Part shown: piece after piece, positions 28,482-42,021 of the stretch
How positions within the stretch are numbered: the stretch's first letter is position 1
Layout: every line of letters starts with the position of its first letter
Assembly: GCA_964016885.1 (NCBI GenBank)
Contig: OZ024743.1
Location: forward strand, 314,712,001-314,776,000
Length of the DNA stretch: 64,000 nucleotides
From: Eledone cirrhosa
Lineage: Eukaryota
Reading direction: 5' to 3'
The notes under the pieces: generated by a model
The model's input: the letters and a program-made list of their open reading frames with translations, nothing else
Told to the model about the DNA's origin: nothing
Database searches by the model: none
Program-made: the position numbers and the translations under genes

Positions 28482-28758
28482 CGAGGGCAATCTCGAAAGT
28501 AAAGTCTCCAAAGCGATAGGGACGCAGAGAAACTGTTCGTACGGCTGTTGGCAACACTGTTGTGATAGGTGCTTCATTCACTCTAAAACAAGCATGCGCA
28601 CGCTTCGCTGGGATGCTCAATCTTGGCTTGGTTGATGCAACACTGAATCCTTGTTCATTATCATTATAGTATTACACTCTGCTTATAGTATTATACTTTG
28701 TTGAGAATGGAGCTCCCGTTGAACGCTACCGCCAAGTGCGAATTTCGCGCAGTTATTA
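28482..28758 (+). mobile_element. Mariner DNA transposon 5' fragment
   Basis: TIR-like cgagggcaatctcgaaagtaaagtctcc after a TA run. The ATG at 28707 opens MELPLNATAKCEFRAVI, a mariner transposase N-terminus. Confidence 0.75.
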
Positions 28759-28761
28759 TAT

Positions 28762-28937
28762 AGAGGGCAATCCCAAATGTAAGGTCTCCGTCCGATGAAA
28801 ACATGCGTAAAGATCGGCGGATCACTCTGGATTCTCTCTGCATTTTGGTTCCTGAGGTTTCCCGAAGCACCATCCACAGGATTTTAAGGGAAAAGATCCA
28901 ATATCGGAAGGAGACCTTCCTTTGGGGATTGCCCTCC
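28762..28937 (+). mobile_element. Mariner-derived MITE (internal deletion derivative, about 176 bp)
   Basis: TIRs gagggcaatcccaaatgtaaggtctcc and ggagaccttcctttggggattgccctc with TA flanks. The interior encodes DENMRKDRRITLDSLCILVPEVSRSTIHRILREKIQYRK, the mariner HTH region. Confidence 0.85.
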
Positions 28938-28956
28938 TATATATATATATATATAT

Positions 28957-29012
28957 AGGAACGGTAGGACCCCGACGGCTGAGCTCAAGCCGTTTCGACG
29001 GCTAATTCTGGA
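28957..29012 (-). mobile_element. Family K terminal fragment
   Basis: taggaacggtaggaccccgacggctgagctcaagccgtttcgacggctaattctgga matches the left arm at 51883. Confidence 0.8.
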
Positions 29013-29014
29013 TA

Positions 29015-29364
29015 TATATTAGTTGTAATGTTGCAAGACAAATGCGTCCGTAGGCCGTATGCCGGTTGAGCACTCGAATACTATAATGATAATGAACAAG
29101 GATTCAGTTTTGAATCATACCATATTTACTAACATATTATATATGTTTCACTATCGATCAGCTCGAGGCAAGATCTAATATAGATCGAACCTGACTCTGT
29201 AATCGAAGACGAACTCATATACTAAACATAACTGACGACCTTTCGATTACAGATTAAGGTTCTATCTATAATAGATCTTCCCTCGAGCTGATCGATAGAG
29301 AAACATATGCAACATGTAATTAACTATGGCATGATACAACACTGAATCCTTCTTCATTATCATT
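29015..29364. mobile_element. Diverged fold-back element, family E, with HHR at 29225-29316 (+)
   Basis: Arms about 29085-29208 and 29240-29364. HHR reads aacataa CTGACGA c ctttcgat...atcgatag a GAAA catatg CA acatgt; the mirror arm gives GAAA catata TA atatgtt. Confidence 0.75.
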
Positions 29365-29546
29365 TGAATTGGCAGTATCGGTGGCCTGTCAGACACCATG
29401 CTTTACACCATAGAGTTATCTTTACGTTCTGAGTTCAAATCCTGCCTAGGTTAACTTAGCCTTTCATCCTTATGTGGTCGATGAAATAAAGTACCAGTAA
29501 TGCACTGGGTCTTTGCTTGCCTTGTGCCAAAAGTAGAAATAATTAT
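29365..29546 (+). mobile_element. SINE family A, short form
   Basis: tgaattggcagtatcgg...ttctgagttcaaatcctgcctaggttaac...gtagaaataattat. Confidence 0.88.
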
Positions 29547-29569
29547 AGTATATATATATATATATATAT

Positions 29570-29871
29570 ATAAAATATTAAATAAATAATGAACAAACAA
29601 TTCCTTATATTAAACAAAAAAAGTTCACTATTTAACGATCGTTTCTAGGGTATATATGTGCTATAATTGGTATGCATATTTAACAGATCTATGTACAAAA
29701 TTATACAAAATTATACAAATTATCAAGATTAAATATACATACCTAACTCATATATACGCCGTTCACCGAAATTGGATTTTCATTACATCTCTTCTTTCCA
29801 TGATATCCGGAATACATTGAGTTCTTCATACGGATTGGACACTACCGTAAACTCTTGGTAGATTTATCTAC
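29570..29871 (-). mobile_element. (TA)n-embedded family F element (HHR core deleted)
   Basis: Reverse complement of 43752-44085, lacking the ~21 nt that contain CTGAAGA. Confidence 0.85.
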
Positions 29872-31519
29872 ATATATATATATATATATATAATTGGAAA
29901 ATAGTAAAATCGAATCTCTGGCGGTTTGCAAGTAATTTATATATATATACAAAGAGAGAAAAAGGAGTTTGTGTGTGTGTGTGTGTTTTGAGAGAGTTAG
30001 ATCCCTGAAATATTTCGAAATTATGCGGTGTTGTCTGCATTAATTAAGTATAACAAACTATTCTTGAATACAAACATCTTTATATTAAGCGAAAGTTTTA
30101 TAAATAAAGATTAACAAGAGAATTGTGTCCTGCTAGTGTAAGTGAATCAATTAGCAAGACCTGTTGACCTGTGATTTTATATTTACGAAACCGAGAGCTT
30201 CCTATCACCTTAGGCGCGTGAATAACGTCACCTACTGCAAGTATGGTATGTGGCAGTGGGAGACAATTTCTATTAGAATGAGAGCCAATTTCTATATTTT
30301 AAGAAGGATATAGAGAAATAAATGTATAGATGGGTGGATGGAGAGAAATATACGTAGAGAAATAAATAGTTCGATAGGGAGATAGAAAGGTAGATTGACG
30401 GTAGATAGATAGAGAAACAGATACACAACATGATCTTAGAATCGAATCAACGAAATTCTAAACTGAGCTCAGCATCCGAAACACAAGGGCACGTATGTTG
30501 ACATTTAGATTTACATATTAACAGCAAAATAAATAAAAGAAACAATAAAAGCAAAGTCGAACGAAGATTATGAAGAACAAAAAGGGTACAAAATCAACAA
30601 AAGCCCAAAACCTCACCAACATCAATAAATGTTATTAACATCTACAACGTCAGTCTCTCATATCTGGACTAGACAAAAAATTTGTGTTGTCATTTTAAGT
30701 ATTTCAAAATGTATTTGTGAATATGCGAAATTTAGAATAATCACATTATGAGAATTACATAATTCGTTAAGAGTGAATTATTTGTTGTTTGTGAATATGA
30801 GATGGTAAATAAGATTGTGGCCCTCCTGTTAGATAGAGAAAATTTCAATCATATTACAGGAATGAAGTTTCGTATTTAAGTTTAACCATCTGATATACCA
30901 TTAGGGTTATAAACGGTTAAACAGTGTACATGCGAACATATGACAAGAAGGTGTAATAAAACCGACAAAGCGATTCAAACTAGGTAACTTTTTGTATACT
31001 GGCGAACAGCATAAACCAACAAATGTATGTACACTAATCAAACAAGTAACGAACAGTAATTATGTATTTATCTTATTACAAATTTCTTCATCAACTCATG
31101 TGATGTAATTTGAGTACGTTTGCTTCTTTCTAAAAGAATTAATGTTCCATAACTCCACATTACCCTTACAATATGTAGTATTCTCGAAGGTGTCATTTTA
31201 CGCCACCTATACACATTCCTCACGTTAGCGTTATGATTTCCTTTGGAAAAGATTGGCATCAATGTTGTTGTTTGTGCCTTGTCTCACAGAGTGTTGTTAC
31301 ATTGAGGTTCACTGGAAATTGCGTTAAAGTTAATGTTTCTGTGAAATACTCAGCCAATTGCGCATTACCGTCACGAGGAAATCTATTTACTCACTCAAAC
31401 GATTGGAAACTTCCTCCTTGAAGTTGATGATGTTTATTTCAAGAACGCAAAGAACCATCACAAAGAGTACGAATATGGGAGCCAACACATCTCCCTAAGT
31501 AAATATACATCACAGCTTC

Positions 31520-31960
31520 ATCTTTGCCCGCATATTCCTGTGAGGATCGTTCGAGCAGAGTCTCCAATCACGCTTTCCAGGGAGTCCTATCAGGAGCAAT
31601 CTCCAAGTGATCCGGTTTGGCCCCCCAGTGAGAGCAGCATAGCTCATGGATGTTATCCAGTCATCTTCGCTTTATCTCTGGGTCTCTTGCCGGATGCTTT
31701 TGCTCGAGAAATCTGTCCAGCAATTTTGACTTAGTTAATTTGTCCACATCTCTATAGGATCGGAGCTGTGATATCTGAGTTCAGAGGAGAGTAACTTTCT
31801 GATACTCGTGATACTCTACCAATCAAGTTACGGCCGATTTGATTAGAGATCGTATTCTTTCGATCATTACATAATATTCATGTCCATATGTAAAGACTGG
31901 CATCAACACTGAATTAAAGATAGAGCGTTTAGCTTTTACACCTAACTCCCTCCTTCTGAT
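31520..31960 (-). mobile_element. RTE-clade (Expander/Rex3-like) LINE 3' fragment, degenerate
   Basis: The minus strand encodes LSIFNSVLMPVFTYGHEYYVMIERIRSLIKSA and, further downstream, GKRPR. Confidence 0.7.
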
Positions 31961-32529
31961 AATAGCACAAATACTTGCAATTATTTATGGCTCATGAAAA
32001 TGTGTTTCTTAAATCTCTAATCACAAAATTGAATATATAAAATGCGTTAATGCAGGGAACTTCACAATAAATATTTAGCCTTTGGTCAAATTTTTTTTGG
32101 AGAAGGCATTAGCAATGTATGATGTAATTTTAGAGTGTCCCCTCTGTAAATGTATGTAAATTTTCCCTATATCTGTCATGTTAACTGAATACTGAAGAAT
32201 AACCATAAAATAAACTACTCAAGTATTAAGAAGTGCACACGCTCACACAAAACACAAAGCCACCTATATAGAGATGGACAGATTTACAAATATATCGATC
32301 TATCCCTTGTTCGTTACACACATCTCTTTTCTATGTGTCTGTGCATGCACGTGTACATGTTTATGTGCTTTCGTTCATTCGTTAACACATCTGTCATATT
32401 CTCAAGTTCTTTGATATGGAGGGGGGGGGGGGGAGATCACGAATAACTAACTCGAACACAACAATCATCTGAATTTCGATCGAGAGTTTCCACTAATGCA
32501 AGGGTGGTTTAACATAGCTTCTGTATCTC

Positions 32530-32900
32530 TTGTTGACATTATAAAGGCTTTGGAAGAGGACTCCAGCACATATGTTATATGCCTTGAATTTCGCAAGGCA
32601 TTTCAATCGGTAGATTGCAGCATCCTGTTGTGGAAATATCAAAAATTGGAGTTTGTGGAAAGCAACCTTAGTAGATTGAGTGATTCATAATGAACAGAAA
32701 CCATTATGCTGTGATCAAAGTCGTAGAATCAAGCTCAGTAAAGTCATTAGTGGTGTCCAACAAGGCTCTGTGTTGAGCCCAATTACACCAACAAAAACAA
32801 CAAAATAATATTTCGCAAATAACTCCAGGCTGCAGAATTTCTTGAAAGAAATGGGTTACAGAGGATGCTGTCAATCATACTTGCTTTGTGTTATTGAATG
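32530..32900 (+). mobile_element. CR1/L2-group LINE reverse transcriptase fragment, degenerate
   Basis: IIKALEEDSSTYVICLEFRKAFQSVDCSILL (the D+.KAFD.V.H motif) and VISGVQQGSVLSP (the GVPQGSVLGP motif). Confidence 0.75.
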
Positions 32901-33224
32901 AGCAAATGTAAATGATTTTGAGAAATATTACTTTTCAGAAGTATTTAAGTTACCAAATTCTCTTTCCTGGGGCGTTAATATCATGGTATACCACGACACA
33001 GATTGCCATAAAATAAATGCAGATAAAAATTTAACCTGATATATGAATATAAAGAACAAAGTTATTTGGCTCACAGAATGTATTCCTGGGTTTTTAGAAA
33101 AGTCCATCTCCACAGAAGTAAATGACATAAAATATACTGTCTTTGATTATTAGAGCTACATCATTCGTATAATGTAGGCTTTAACATTAACATGCATCGA
33201 ATGTTACGTTCCCAGGTTGAGTGA

Positions 33225-33354
<130 letters not shown>

Positions 33355-34089
33355 GTGTGTGTTTGTGGGTGGGTGGGGGGGGGGGGTATGAATGTATATA
33401 AGCAAATAGGACCGTCAGAAACTCAACTCTGAACGCAGATATTTAAAGTAGTCGTCGAACCTGAGAACAGGCAAATAATACACTCAGAAAAAGGAAGGCA
33501 ACAATAAACGAAACCCCCATGTGTTAAGACCACAGAATTTGAAACTGGGAAATAGTACCCTCAGTAAAACAAATCCACATATTTAGTAAATGACTATATA
33601 AGGTCTAAACACTATCCATACAGCATGTTCCAAAATATGTATACACAGTTTGATTACCTGTTCAGACAATATTTATTAGAATTTTGTTGAAGTATGAATA
33701 CATTATTTTGAGACACCAAGTATTTCTTGACACATATTCTGTAAAGAAACCTCCAGGTCGCTCTAATAACCAGTATGTGGGAAACGAATTTTTTCAACCT
33801 GCAAATGTCATATTGCATAGTTTCCTAGCTGTTTCCGACACGTCGATACATGATTATTGACAAGTGTGGATGAAGGAAAGGAAAACAAGAAAGATATAAT
33901 GAAAAGATGGGGAAAATGATCCCCGTTGTGTTTGTACTGAGAATTCAATGATCTCTAGGAAATATCACAAGGGATCCTATCGAACTACCTCTGTCATTTA
34001 GCAGCTTCTTATTTTTATAGTCATATCTGTATTTGTATAACCCTTTCTCTCTCTCTATCTCTATCTCCCTCTATCTATCTCTCTCACTT

Positions 34090-34151
<62 letters not shown>

Positions 34152-34152
34152 A

Positions 34153-34204
<52 letters not shown>

Positions 34205-34212
34205 ATATTTAC

Positions 34213-34550
34213 ACGCATGGATTAATGGTTAGGGAGTCGGATTTTACAATCGTGAGGTTGTGATTACGATTCTCAGACCAGGCTTTGCGTTGTGTTCTTG
34301 AGTAGGACAATTTATTTCACGATGCTCCATTTCACACAACTGTAGAAATGACTTGCGTCGTCACCATTGCCAACCTCTATCGGCCTTTGTCTATCCCTTG
34401 GATAACATTAGTGGCATGGAGAGGGCCGACTGGAATCCATGGGCGACTAGTGGTCTTCTACAAACAACCTTGCTCGGACTTGTGCTTCTTGCCTTTCTAG
34501 GTGCAAATTCCATGGTCATTGACGACCGAAGCGGGTCTTTAATCTTTACT
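34213..34550 (+). mobile_element. tRNA-headed SINE family B
   Basis: tRNA-like head followed by tgtgttcttgagtaggacaatttatttcacgatgctcc...gaccgaagcgggtcttta; homologous to 56535-56860. Confidence 0.88.
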
Positions 34551-34791
34551 CTTATATATATATATCTTAAATATAACTTTGATAGGTTTCGGCCAGCTTA
34601 TATCTATATATATAAATGAAGTATTTCCGAAGGAAAGCTAAAGGATAAGAGTGTGCTCTATGTAGGCTACATAGCCTTTTAGTTATGTAATAAACAACAT
34701 CAGATAATTATTTCGTTTACCAGTGGTTTCTTGAAGACATATTTATGTCTGTCTTCATTCATCAGAAAATAATCTTATCTTGTTTATTACA

Positions 34792-34831
<40 letters not shown>

Positions 34832-36139
34832 GCAATATAGGAGCAAGAGACAAAGACAACGGCAAAAATAGGACAGTCCGTACCCTCAGTCATCTTCTGG
34901 CAATCAAATATGTGCATTTTATCCCCCTCACCTTTTTCACTGTGAAAATAAATATGAAGTTAAGTGTATAGTCAATACATATAAATAGAAATATATGGAA
35001 ATATCAAAATACGTCCTAGATCTAGAATGTTAATTGCGTGATTTCGGTATTATTCTATCTCTGTATCTGCCAATGTTTTATCACATTGCAAGCCAGTTTA
35101 TATTCAGGTATATGCATTAAAATGCAAGCGGGATTGAAATAGATTTTACCTGAGAATACTGTGCGTGTTTTGAAATATGAATAATAGTGCAAAGGGACGT
35201 CTGTTTTTTAGGCACCAAACACTAACTTCTTTCAGCATTGACCGCCATAACTACTGATGCTTACAAAGCCTGATCTGGTAGCGCCATTAACCTATGTTCT
35301 ATCTGGACGTCCATTCTAAGCCTTAAACACATTGGGGATATACAGTATATTTTCCAATATGAACAGGTACAAATCTTGACATCTAAAGACCAACTAGGCA
35401 TTTTATACAGTTATGTGTCATTGGTCTTCTCAACCAATGTTGATTTATGACTGTAATAATTGAAATAGTAAAATCGGAATAAACAAATGATGATAGACCC
35501 TTGTCCGAAATTCCTCCTATTTAACGTAGCAAATTGACATAAATCAATGTTTGAACATTTCGCATTAAATTCAACAAAGTTGTGGTTGTTCACAGAGGAG
35601 ACTGTACATTTTACATGCAATCTTCACTGATATTCTAAATTAAAATAATCTGAAGAATCTTTCTAAATATCAAATAAAGACAAGTGTAATCCTTAGCGAT
35701 ATAAAATCTGACATGATAATCCCCAGTAGCCAGATAGAGCCGCCACAATTTCTATTTCCCTGTTCTTTTAATTTAAAGAACGTTTCCTAGTATAATCAAA
35801 AGTCAATATATTAAGATACGCTCATGCAAATAGTGTTTAGTAATTAGAAATCTGAGAAATTTTCTGGTAATTTGATTTCAATTCCCAATTTAAAATATAT
35901 ATTTATGAGTTGACGTGGCTAGTAGTTTAGCATGAAGCATAACATTCAGATTGACACATGTACTTGAAGTAAACATACAGACATTCACACGTAAAGACAC
36001 ACAGACACATACACCCGCACAAACGAACGCGAGCACTGATATACAAAGAGATTCGCATACAGACATATACAGATACAAAAGTTAGCATATATGAACATAA
36101 ACACACATCAATACATTCCTTCATAAACTTTGTTTCAAA

Positions 36140-36330
36140 ATAATTGTTTATACTTTAGGCACAAGGCCAGCAATTACCTAGTGCATTACTGGTACTTTAT
36201 TTTATCGACCCCGTAAGGATGAAAGGCAAAGTCAACCTCGGCGGGATTTGAACTCAGATCGTAAAGGGACGTAACTATGCTGGAAAGCATGGCGTCCGAC
36301 TCTCTACCGATACTGCCAATCCACCGCCAA
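36140..36330 (-). mobile_element. SINE family A, short form
   Basis: Well-preserved antisense copy. Confidence 0.92.
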
Positions 36331-36547
36331 TCCACTTTGTTTTAAAATAATGAGAGAAATATACCTGTACTACATACAATATATCTGCATGAAATGCAAT
36401 ATTTCTCTACAAAATACAACAAAACTCTGCATAATTATGAAAGGTATGTTCACCATCATTGTAATTCTTTTGATTGTTACATCTAACAATTGATAGATTA
36501 TCTCTCCTATGACATAGCATTATGTATATACACACACACACACACAC

Positions 36548-36630
<83 letters not shown>

Positions 36631-36931
36631 ACAAAAGTGAGGAAGATCGCCGGTATAAATACAGCGTCATACGGCCAGCGTATAGCTCACTCAATGAATC
36701 TGGCGAATTGCAGTAGTGCAGCTGCAATTACCTGTTCAGAGTGTACACATTTAGTTTACTGTAGACGGCTGGCTGTGTTTAGGTAAAGATAGATGTAAAT
36801 ATCTCAATTCCTGTAATATAACTATCTCAATAGATGTAAACATCTCGTTTCCGTGTAATATAATTTTACAAATGCAGATATAACTTTGCAATGCTCAGAA
36901 AATAACGCGAAATCAGCGGACAATTACGTAA

Positions 36932-36965
<34 letters not shown>

Positions 36966-37168
36966 AGTGAATTTAGATATATACTTGAATTTGCTTAAAG
37001 ATGGAAAAAATGTGAATACATGGGTAGAGTCGTGCATATTGTATTATACATTTGAAGTTAAACCAGTGACACTATAACTAAATGTTTTGGCCTGGGTGTG
37101 GATTGTGCGCATAAGCTAGAAACACTGGTATAAATTTGTATGTGTGTTTCTATGCATGTATGTATATA

Positions 37169-37221
<53 letters not shown>

Positions 37222-37227
<6 letters not shown>

Positions 37228-37734
37228 GCTGCGCTTTCTAGCAACCAGCCCACATCACATTCTTTCTGACTTGAACACTGCCACATCACGATTTTTAGCC
37301 ATTTTGAATTTGTTTCTGGCGGGAATCATTTTAGAAAATTACTTATCCCAAGAGTTTGTTTCCTGACGAGTTCGAAGCTCGAGATTTTATCCTTAATAGG
37401 ATATCTGAAAATGCGAACGAAACCGGAAGGTAGAGACATAATCCTGGTAAGTGTGTACGCATTTCTCCTAACTTGAATTTTATAGCTAATTGTGTATGGT
37501 TGACGGTATATTTAGTCGATTTCCACGTGCTGTTAAAATGTTGGGTAAATATTCTATGGCGGACGACCACGAAGAGATTGCTGTCGTTTATTTGTCTTAT
37601 ATGTTATCATAGGTGGCTTTTAATCTTATAGCCTGGTCTATTCGATTTTTTATGTGGTTGATTATGCTAATTGGGAGAGGAAATGGTGTATATATATATA
37701 TATACTATGAAATGATTCTATGGACATATGTTAT

Positions 37735-37740
<6 letters not shown>
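37222..37740 (+). mobile_element. Family C HHR element, diverged subfamily, single arm in (TA)n
   Basis: Colinear with the minus strand of 19008-18493 (cacgatttttagccattttgaat; cttatagcctggtctattcgatttttta...aattgggagaggaaatgg). Confidence 0.85.
37358..37437 (+). ncRNA. Type I HHR, intact core, extended stem II
   Basis: gtttc CTGACGA gttcg [39 nt] cgaac GAAA cc-ggaa-gg TA gagac; stem II covaries with the family C copy at 19146 (atccg/cggat). Confidence 0.88.
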
Positions 37741-37779
<39 letters not shown>

Positions 37780-37782
<3 letters not shown>

Positions 37783-38914
37783 AAGTTATATTTAAAATTG
37801 TTGGGTTACAACTAGTAAATATTTATAACTGATATAAAAGCACTCGACAAATATTTGGAGTATATTTACAATATTAAATAAATGGAAAACTATATTTATA
37901 AAACCATATTTATTTCATTATATATATTTCGGGGATATCATATTAACAATATGCTATGCCTTCATCAGACAAAATACAATATAAACAGTTTTATAGATAA
38001 ATATATTCGACATACCGTAATAAACATCAACTTCATTTGAAGAGGTCATTTTTATACCACATTGAGAATGTTTTCCGGTAACTTAGAATTTGCGGAGTGA
38101 ATCAGTTGGATTCACATTGATGTTTGTAGCTGTCACATAGACATATGAATTTTTTAAAAACTAAACATAAGATAATGAATTTTCACGCATTGTGAATACT
38201 TGTTTCATTCAGGAATACTGATATTTACAATATAGTGTAAGTTTTATAAATACTAATACATTAAAACATAGGGTTTTCTACGCCTCGAATATGTCTGGCT
38301 ATTTTTAAATTTTTTCTCTCTCTATATCTCTCTATATCTCTCTATATATCTCCCTTACATTAATACTTGAGCTAAATAAATAAATAAATAAATTTATTTA
38401 TTTATTTAGCTCAAGTATTAATGTAAGGGAGATATATAGAGAGATATAGAGAGATATAGAGAGAGAAAAAATTTAAAAATAGCCAGACATATTCGAGGCG
38501 TAGAAAACCCTATGTTTTAATGTATTAGTATTTATAAAACTTACACTATATTGTAAATATCAGTATTCCTGAATGAAACAAGTATTCACAATGCGTGAAA
38601 ATTCATTATCTTATGTTTAGTTTTTAAAAAATTCATATGTCTATGTGACAGCTACAAACATCAATGTGAATCCAACTGATTCACTCCGCAAATTCTAAGT
38701 TACCGGAAAACATTCTCAATGTGGTATAAAAATGACCTCTTCAAATGAAGTTGATGTTTATTACGGTATGTCGAATATATTTATCTATAAAACTGTTTAT
38801 ATTGTATTTTGTCTGATGAAGGCATAGCATATTGTTAATATGATATCCCCGAAATATATATAATGAAATAAATATGGTTTTATAAATATAGTTTTCCATT
38901 TATTTAATATTGTA
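37780..38914. mobile_element. Near-perfect 1.05-kb palindrome (family G) with a left tail
   Basis: Arms 37867-38392 and 38393-38914, centre (TAAA)5(TTTA)4, tail 37780-37866 and (TA)n flanks. Confidence 0.92.
38805..38870 (+). ncRNA. Type I HHR (mirror on the minus strand at about 37911-37976)
   Basis: tattttgt CTGATGA aggcatagcatatt-gtt-aatatgatatcccc GAAA tatata TA atgaaata. Confidence 0.75.
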
Positions 38915-38932
38915 TATATATATATATATATG

Positions 38933-39014
<82 letters not shown>

Positions 39015-39211
39015 TTATATATATAATTATATATATTTCAGATCAACATTAGAAAAGCAGAGATCTATTTTCAAAACATCCCCATGATTTTCATTTTCTG
39101 TTATATACAAACATATTGATATATTGTCTATACAATTAAGTATCCAATTTCAATGCTTAAGTTAATCATTTAAACAGGCTTTCTCTTCAACTAACATATA
39201 TATATATATAA

Positions 39212-39343
<132 letters not shown>

Positions 39344-39385
39344 TATATATATATATATATATATATGTATGCATATATATATATA

Positions 39386-39421
<36 letters not shown>

Positions 39422-41630
39422 TGTGCATATCAGTTCGATATTGATGAATATTATTCCTCAATTTCACCTCATACTCTGCATGAAGCTCTTTCGTTCGCTA
39501 AGGCTAATCCCGACCTTACGGTTGCTGAAATTAATATTATTATGGAAGCGAGGAAAACTATTGTTAAATTGTATGATAGCTACTGGGTTCGCAAAGATAG
39601 ACCTTCTAATTTTGATATTACTATGGGTTCCAATGATTCGGCGGAAGTAACTGATCTTGTGGGAATTTATATCACCCACAGACTACAAGGAAAATTCAAG
39701 GAACTCCACGGTGGCATCTACCGTGACGATGCGCTCCTATTAGTTAAGCATATGAATAACCAGAATTTAGAAAGGATGCGTAAAAATATCAGAAAGCTTT
39801 TTAAGGAACTAGGATTAAATATTACATTTGAATATAACCTCAAAGATATTAATTTATTGATGTTACTTTGAATCTCAATACAGAAACGATTAAACCGTCC
39901 CCAAAACTAAATGAGAACCTTAAATATGTAAATACGGGTTCTAACCATCCACCTTCTATAATTAAATCCATCCCTAGAAATATTTCCCTTAGAATCTCCC
40001 GCCTGTCGTCCAACCAGCAAACCTTCAAAGAACATGCCGAATATTATGATGATACACTTAGGAAGGCTGGACACCTAGATAATATAGAGTATATAGTCGA
40101 CGATCACCAAAACACCCAAAATAAATCTCATAGAGGTAGAAATAGCATAGAATCACCACCATACATACAGTACCGCAATAGACACACTAATAGTCGCACA
40201 CCACCAAACAGAAGGCGATGTAAAGAGTATATATGGTACAACCCGGTCTATAACAACTCTATTAAAACCAATCTACCCTCACAATTCTTTCCATTAGTTA
40301 AAAAACACTTTCCAACATCACATAAATATAATAAAATCTTAAACCCTAACACTATTCGACTTTCATATTCAACCGCCCCTAATATTGAACAACGTATAAA
40401 AAAGCTTAACGCAAAACAGTTGTATAAACGCCTTCCAACACATAGCAATACACCTAAAGCATCGGCTATAACATCACAAAACAACAAACAACATCCCGTC
40501 CTACCTAAGCAACCTCATCAACCCATCCATGCCAATACAACAACGCAAAATTATAACTGTAACTGTGTCAAACCAGGAATGTGTCCGTTGAACAATCAGT
40601 GTTTTGAACGCAACATCATATACAAATGCACTATCGAATCGGATAGCCAGAAGGGTTATGTGGGGTCTACAGCTACCTCCTTCAAATCTCGCCTTTATAG
40701 ACATCGTTACTCGATAAAACATGAAAACCAGCGTTATGTAATAACACTCGCAGACAAGGCTTGGCAGCTGCGCGAAAATAACCAACAATTTAACCTAAAA
40801 TGGGATATTATAGCTTGGCCTCTGTATATTTACCACGGACAGGAATTTTGTAAATTGTGTAATATGGAATTATTTTGTATTATAAAATCCAAAAATATTT
40901 TATTAAATAACAGAATACAGCGATAGTTATACTGTAACCATCGCTTGAAATCTACATTTTCATATTACAAACACTACCAGGATTGAACGCCTGTCTCCAT
41001 CTCCGTTTGATTGGCAACATACATATTAACATTCTCTATTAGTCTTAATTCTATCAACTCTTCTATTCTTTACCATTTAATATAAACTGCTATAGATAAA
41101 ATGAGATTTCTTAATTCAATTCCCTAATGCACATACCAGCGGGCTACCAGCATTGTTCTTATTCAGTAGCAGTGACAATCTCCCTCTTCCTTAATTGACA
41201 CTTTATATCTATTAATACTACTACACCAAACGGCCAGCCCTGTCCATTGTTCAATTGGTCAAGAATAGATTAAAATAGGCACTTCCCAAAATACTTATTT
41301 AGATAAAATAAACGATATACTCATTGTATTCTCATAAGAAATCTTTTATATACTTGTTTACCAGTAAATTGAATTGCCATCTGTCATATACTATCCCCTC
41401 TCTTCTTCCTTTCTTACAACAAATATAAATACTTCAATTTTTCTGATTTTTTCCACTTTATCCAATATCTCTGAAGAAATGACAAGCGATTATAAATTTG
41501 CTATCGAATACTTGCTAACATTATATGATTACGTAAGCAGCAATACATAAGTATTCCGTCTGTTACAGAAACATATGTCAATACGTAGTAAATTCCTTTA
41601 TTTTCATTTTATATTCATCTTTTCTATATA
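39422..41630 (+). mobile_element. Hydra-type Penelope-like element, 5'-truncated: RT, CxC linker, GIY-YIG and 3' UTR
   Basis: RT motifs [26 protein letters not shown] and GIYRDD; frameshift near 39855. Then SNHP, IWYNPVY, NCNCVKPGMCPLNNQC, NIIYKC..GYVGSTATSFKSRLYRH and CKLCNME; premature TAG at 40924 before YCNHR. Inserted in (TA)n. Confidence 0.92.
41465..41584 (+). ncRNA. Degenerate type I HHR in the PLE 3' pLTR
   Basis: tatct CTGAAGA aatgaca [about 80 nt] tgttaca GAAA catatg TC aata; palindromic stem III ACATATGT and a GUC site, but stem I is imperfect. Confidence 0.6.
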
Positions 41631-41688
41631 TATATGCATATATATATATATATATTTATGTATACATATATATATATATGTGCATATG

Positions 41689-41759
<71 letters not shown>

Positions 41760-41829
41760 TTACATATATATATATATACATATATGAATATAAATATATA
41801 TGTATATATAAATATACATATATATATAT

Positions 41830-42021
41830 ATATTGTTATACTTTGGGAGGGTCATGTTGCCAATAAGAAACACACGCACCAGCTGCTTTCACTTCAATTT
41901 ATTATAATAAATTGATGTGAAATCGCTGGTGGGTGTGTTTCTTATTGGCAACATGGCCCTCCCAAAGTATAAAAATATGGGTTTCAACACACGTTATCAA
42001 ATAAACAATTTCAGAAACGAA

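Noticed and set aside
30100-30300. Repeat-free stretch with homeodomain-like sites as an enhancer
   Set aside because: Short motifs are expected by chance in AT-rich DNA; cross-species conservation data would be needed.
34213-34290. tRNA gene (also 56535-56600)
   Set aside because: The tRNA-like head continues into a shared SINE body and has no intact cloverleaf.
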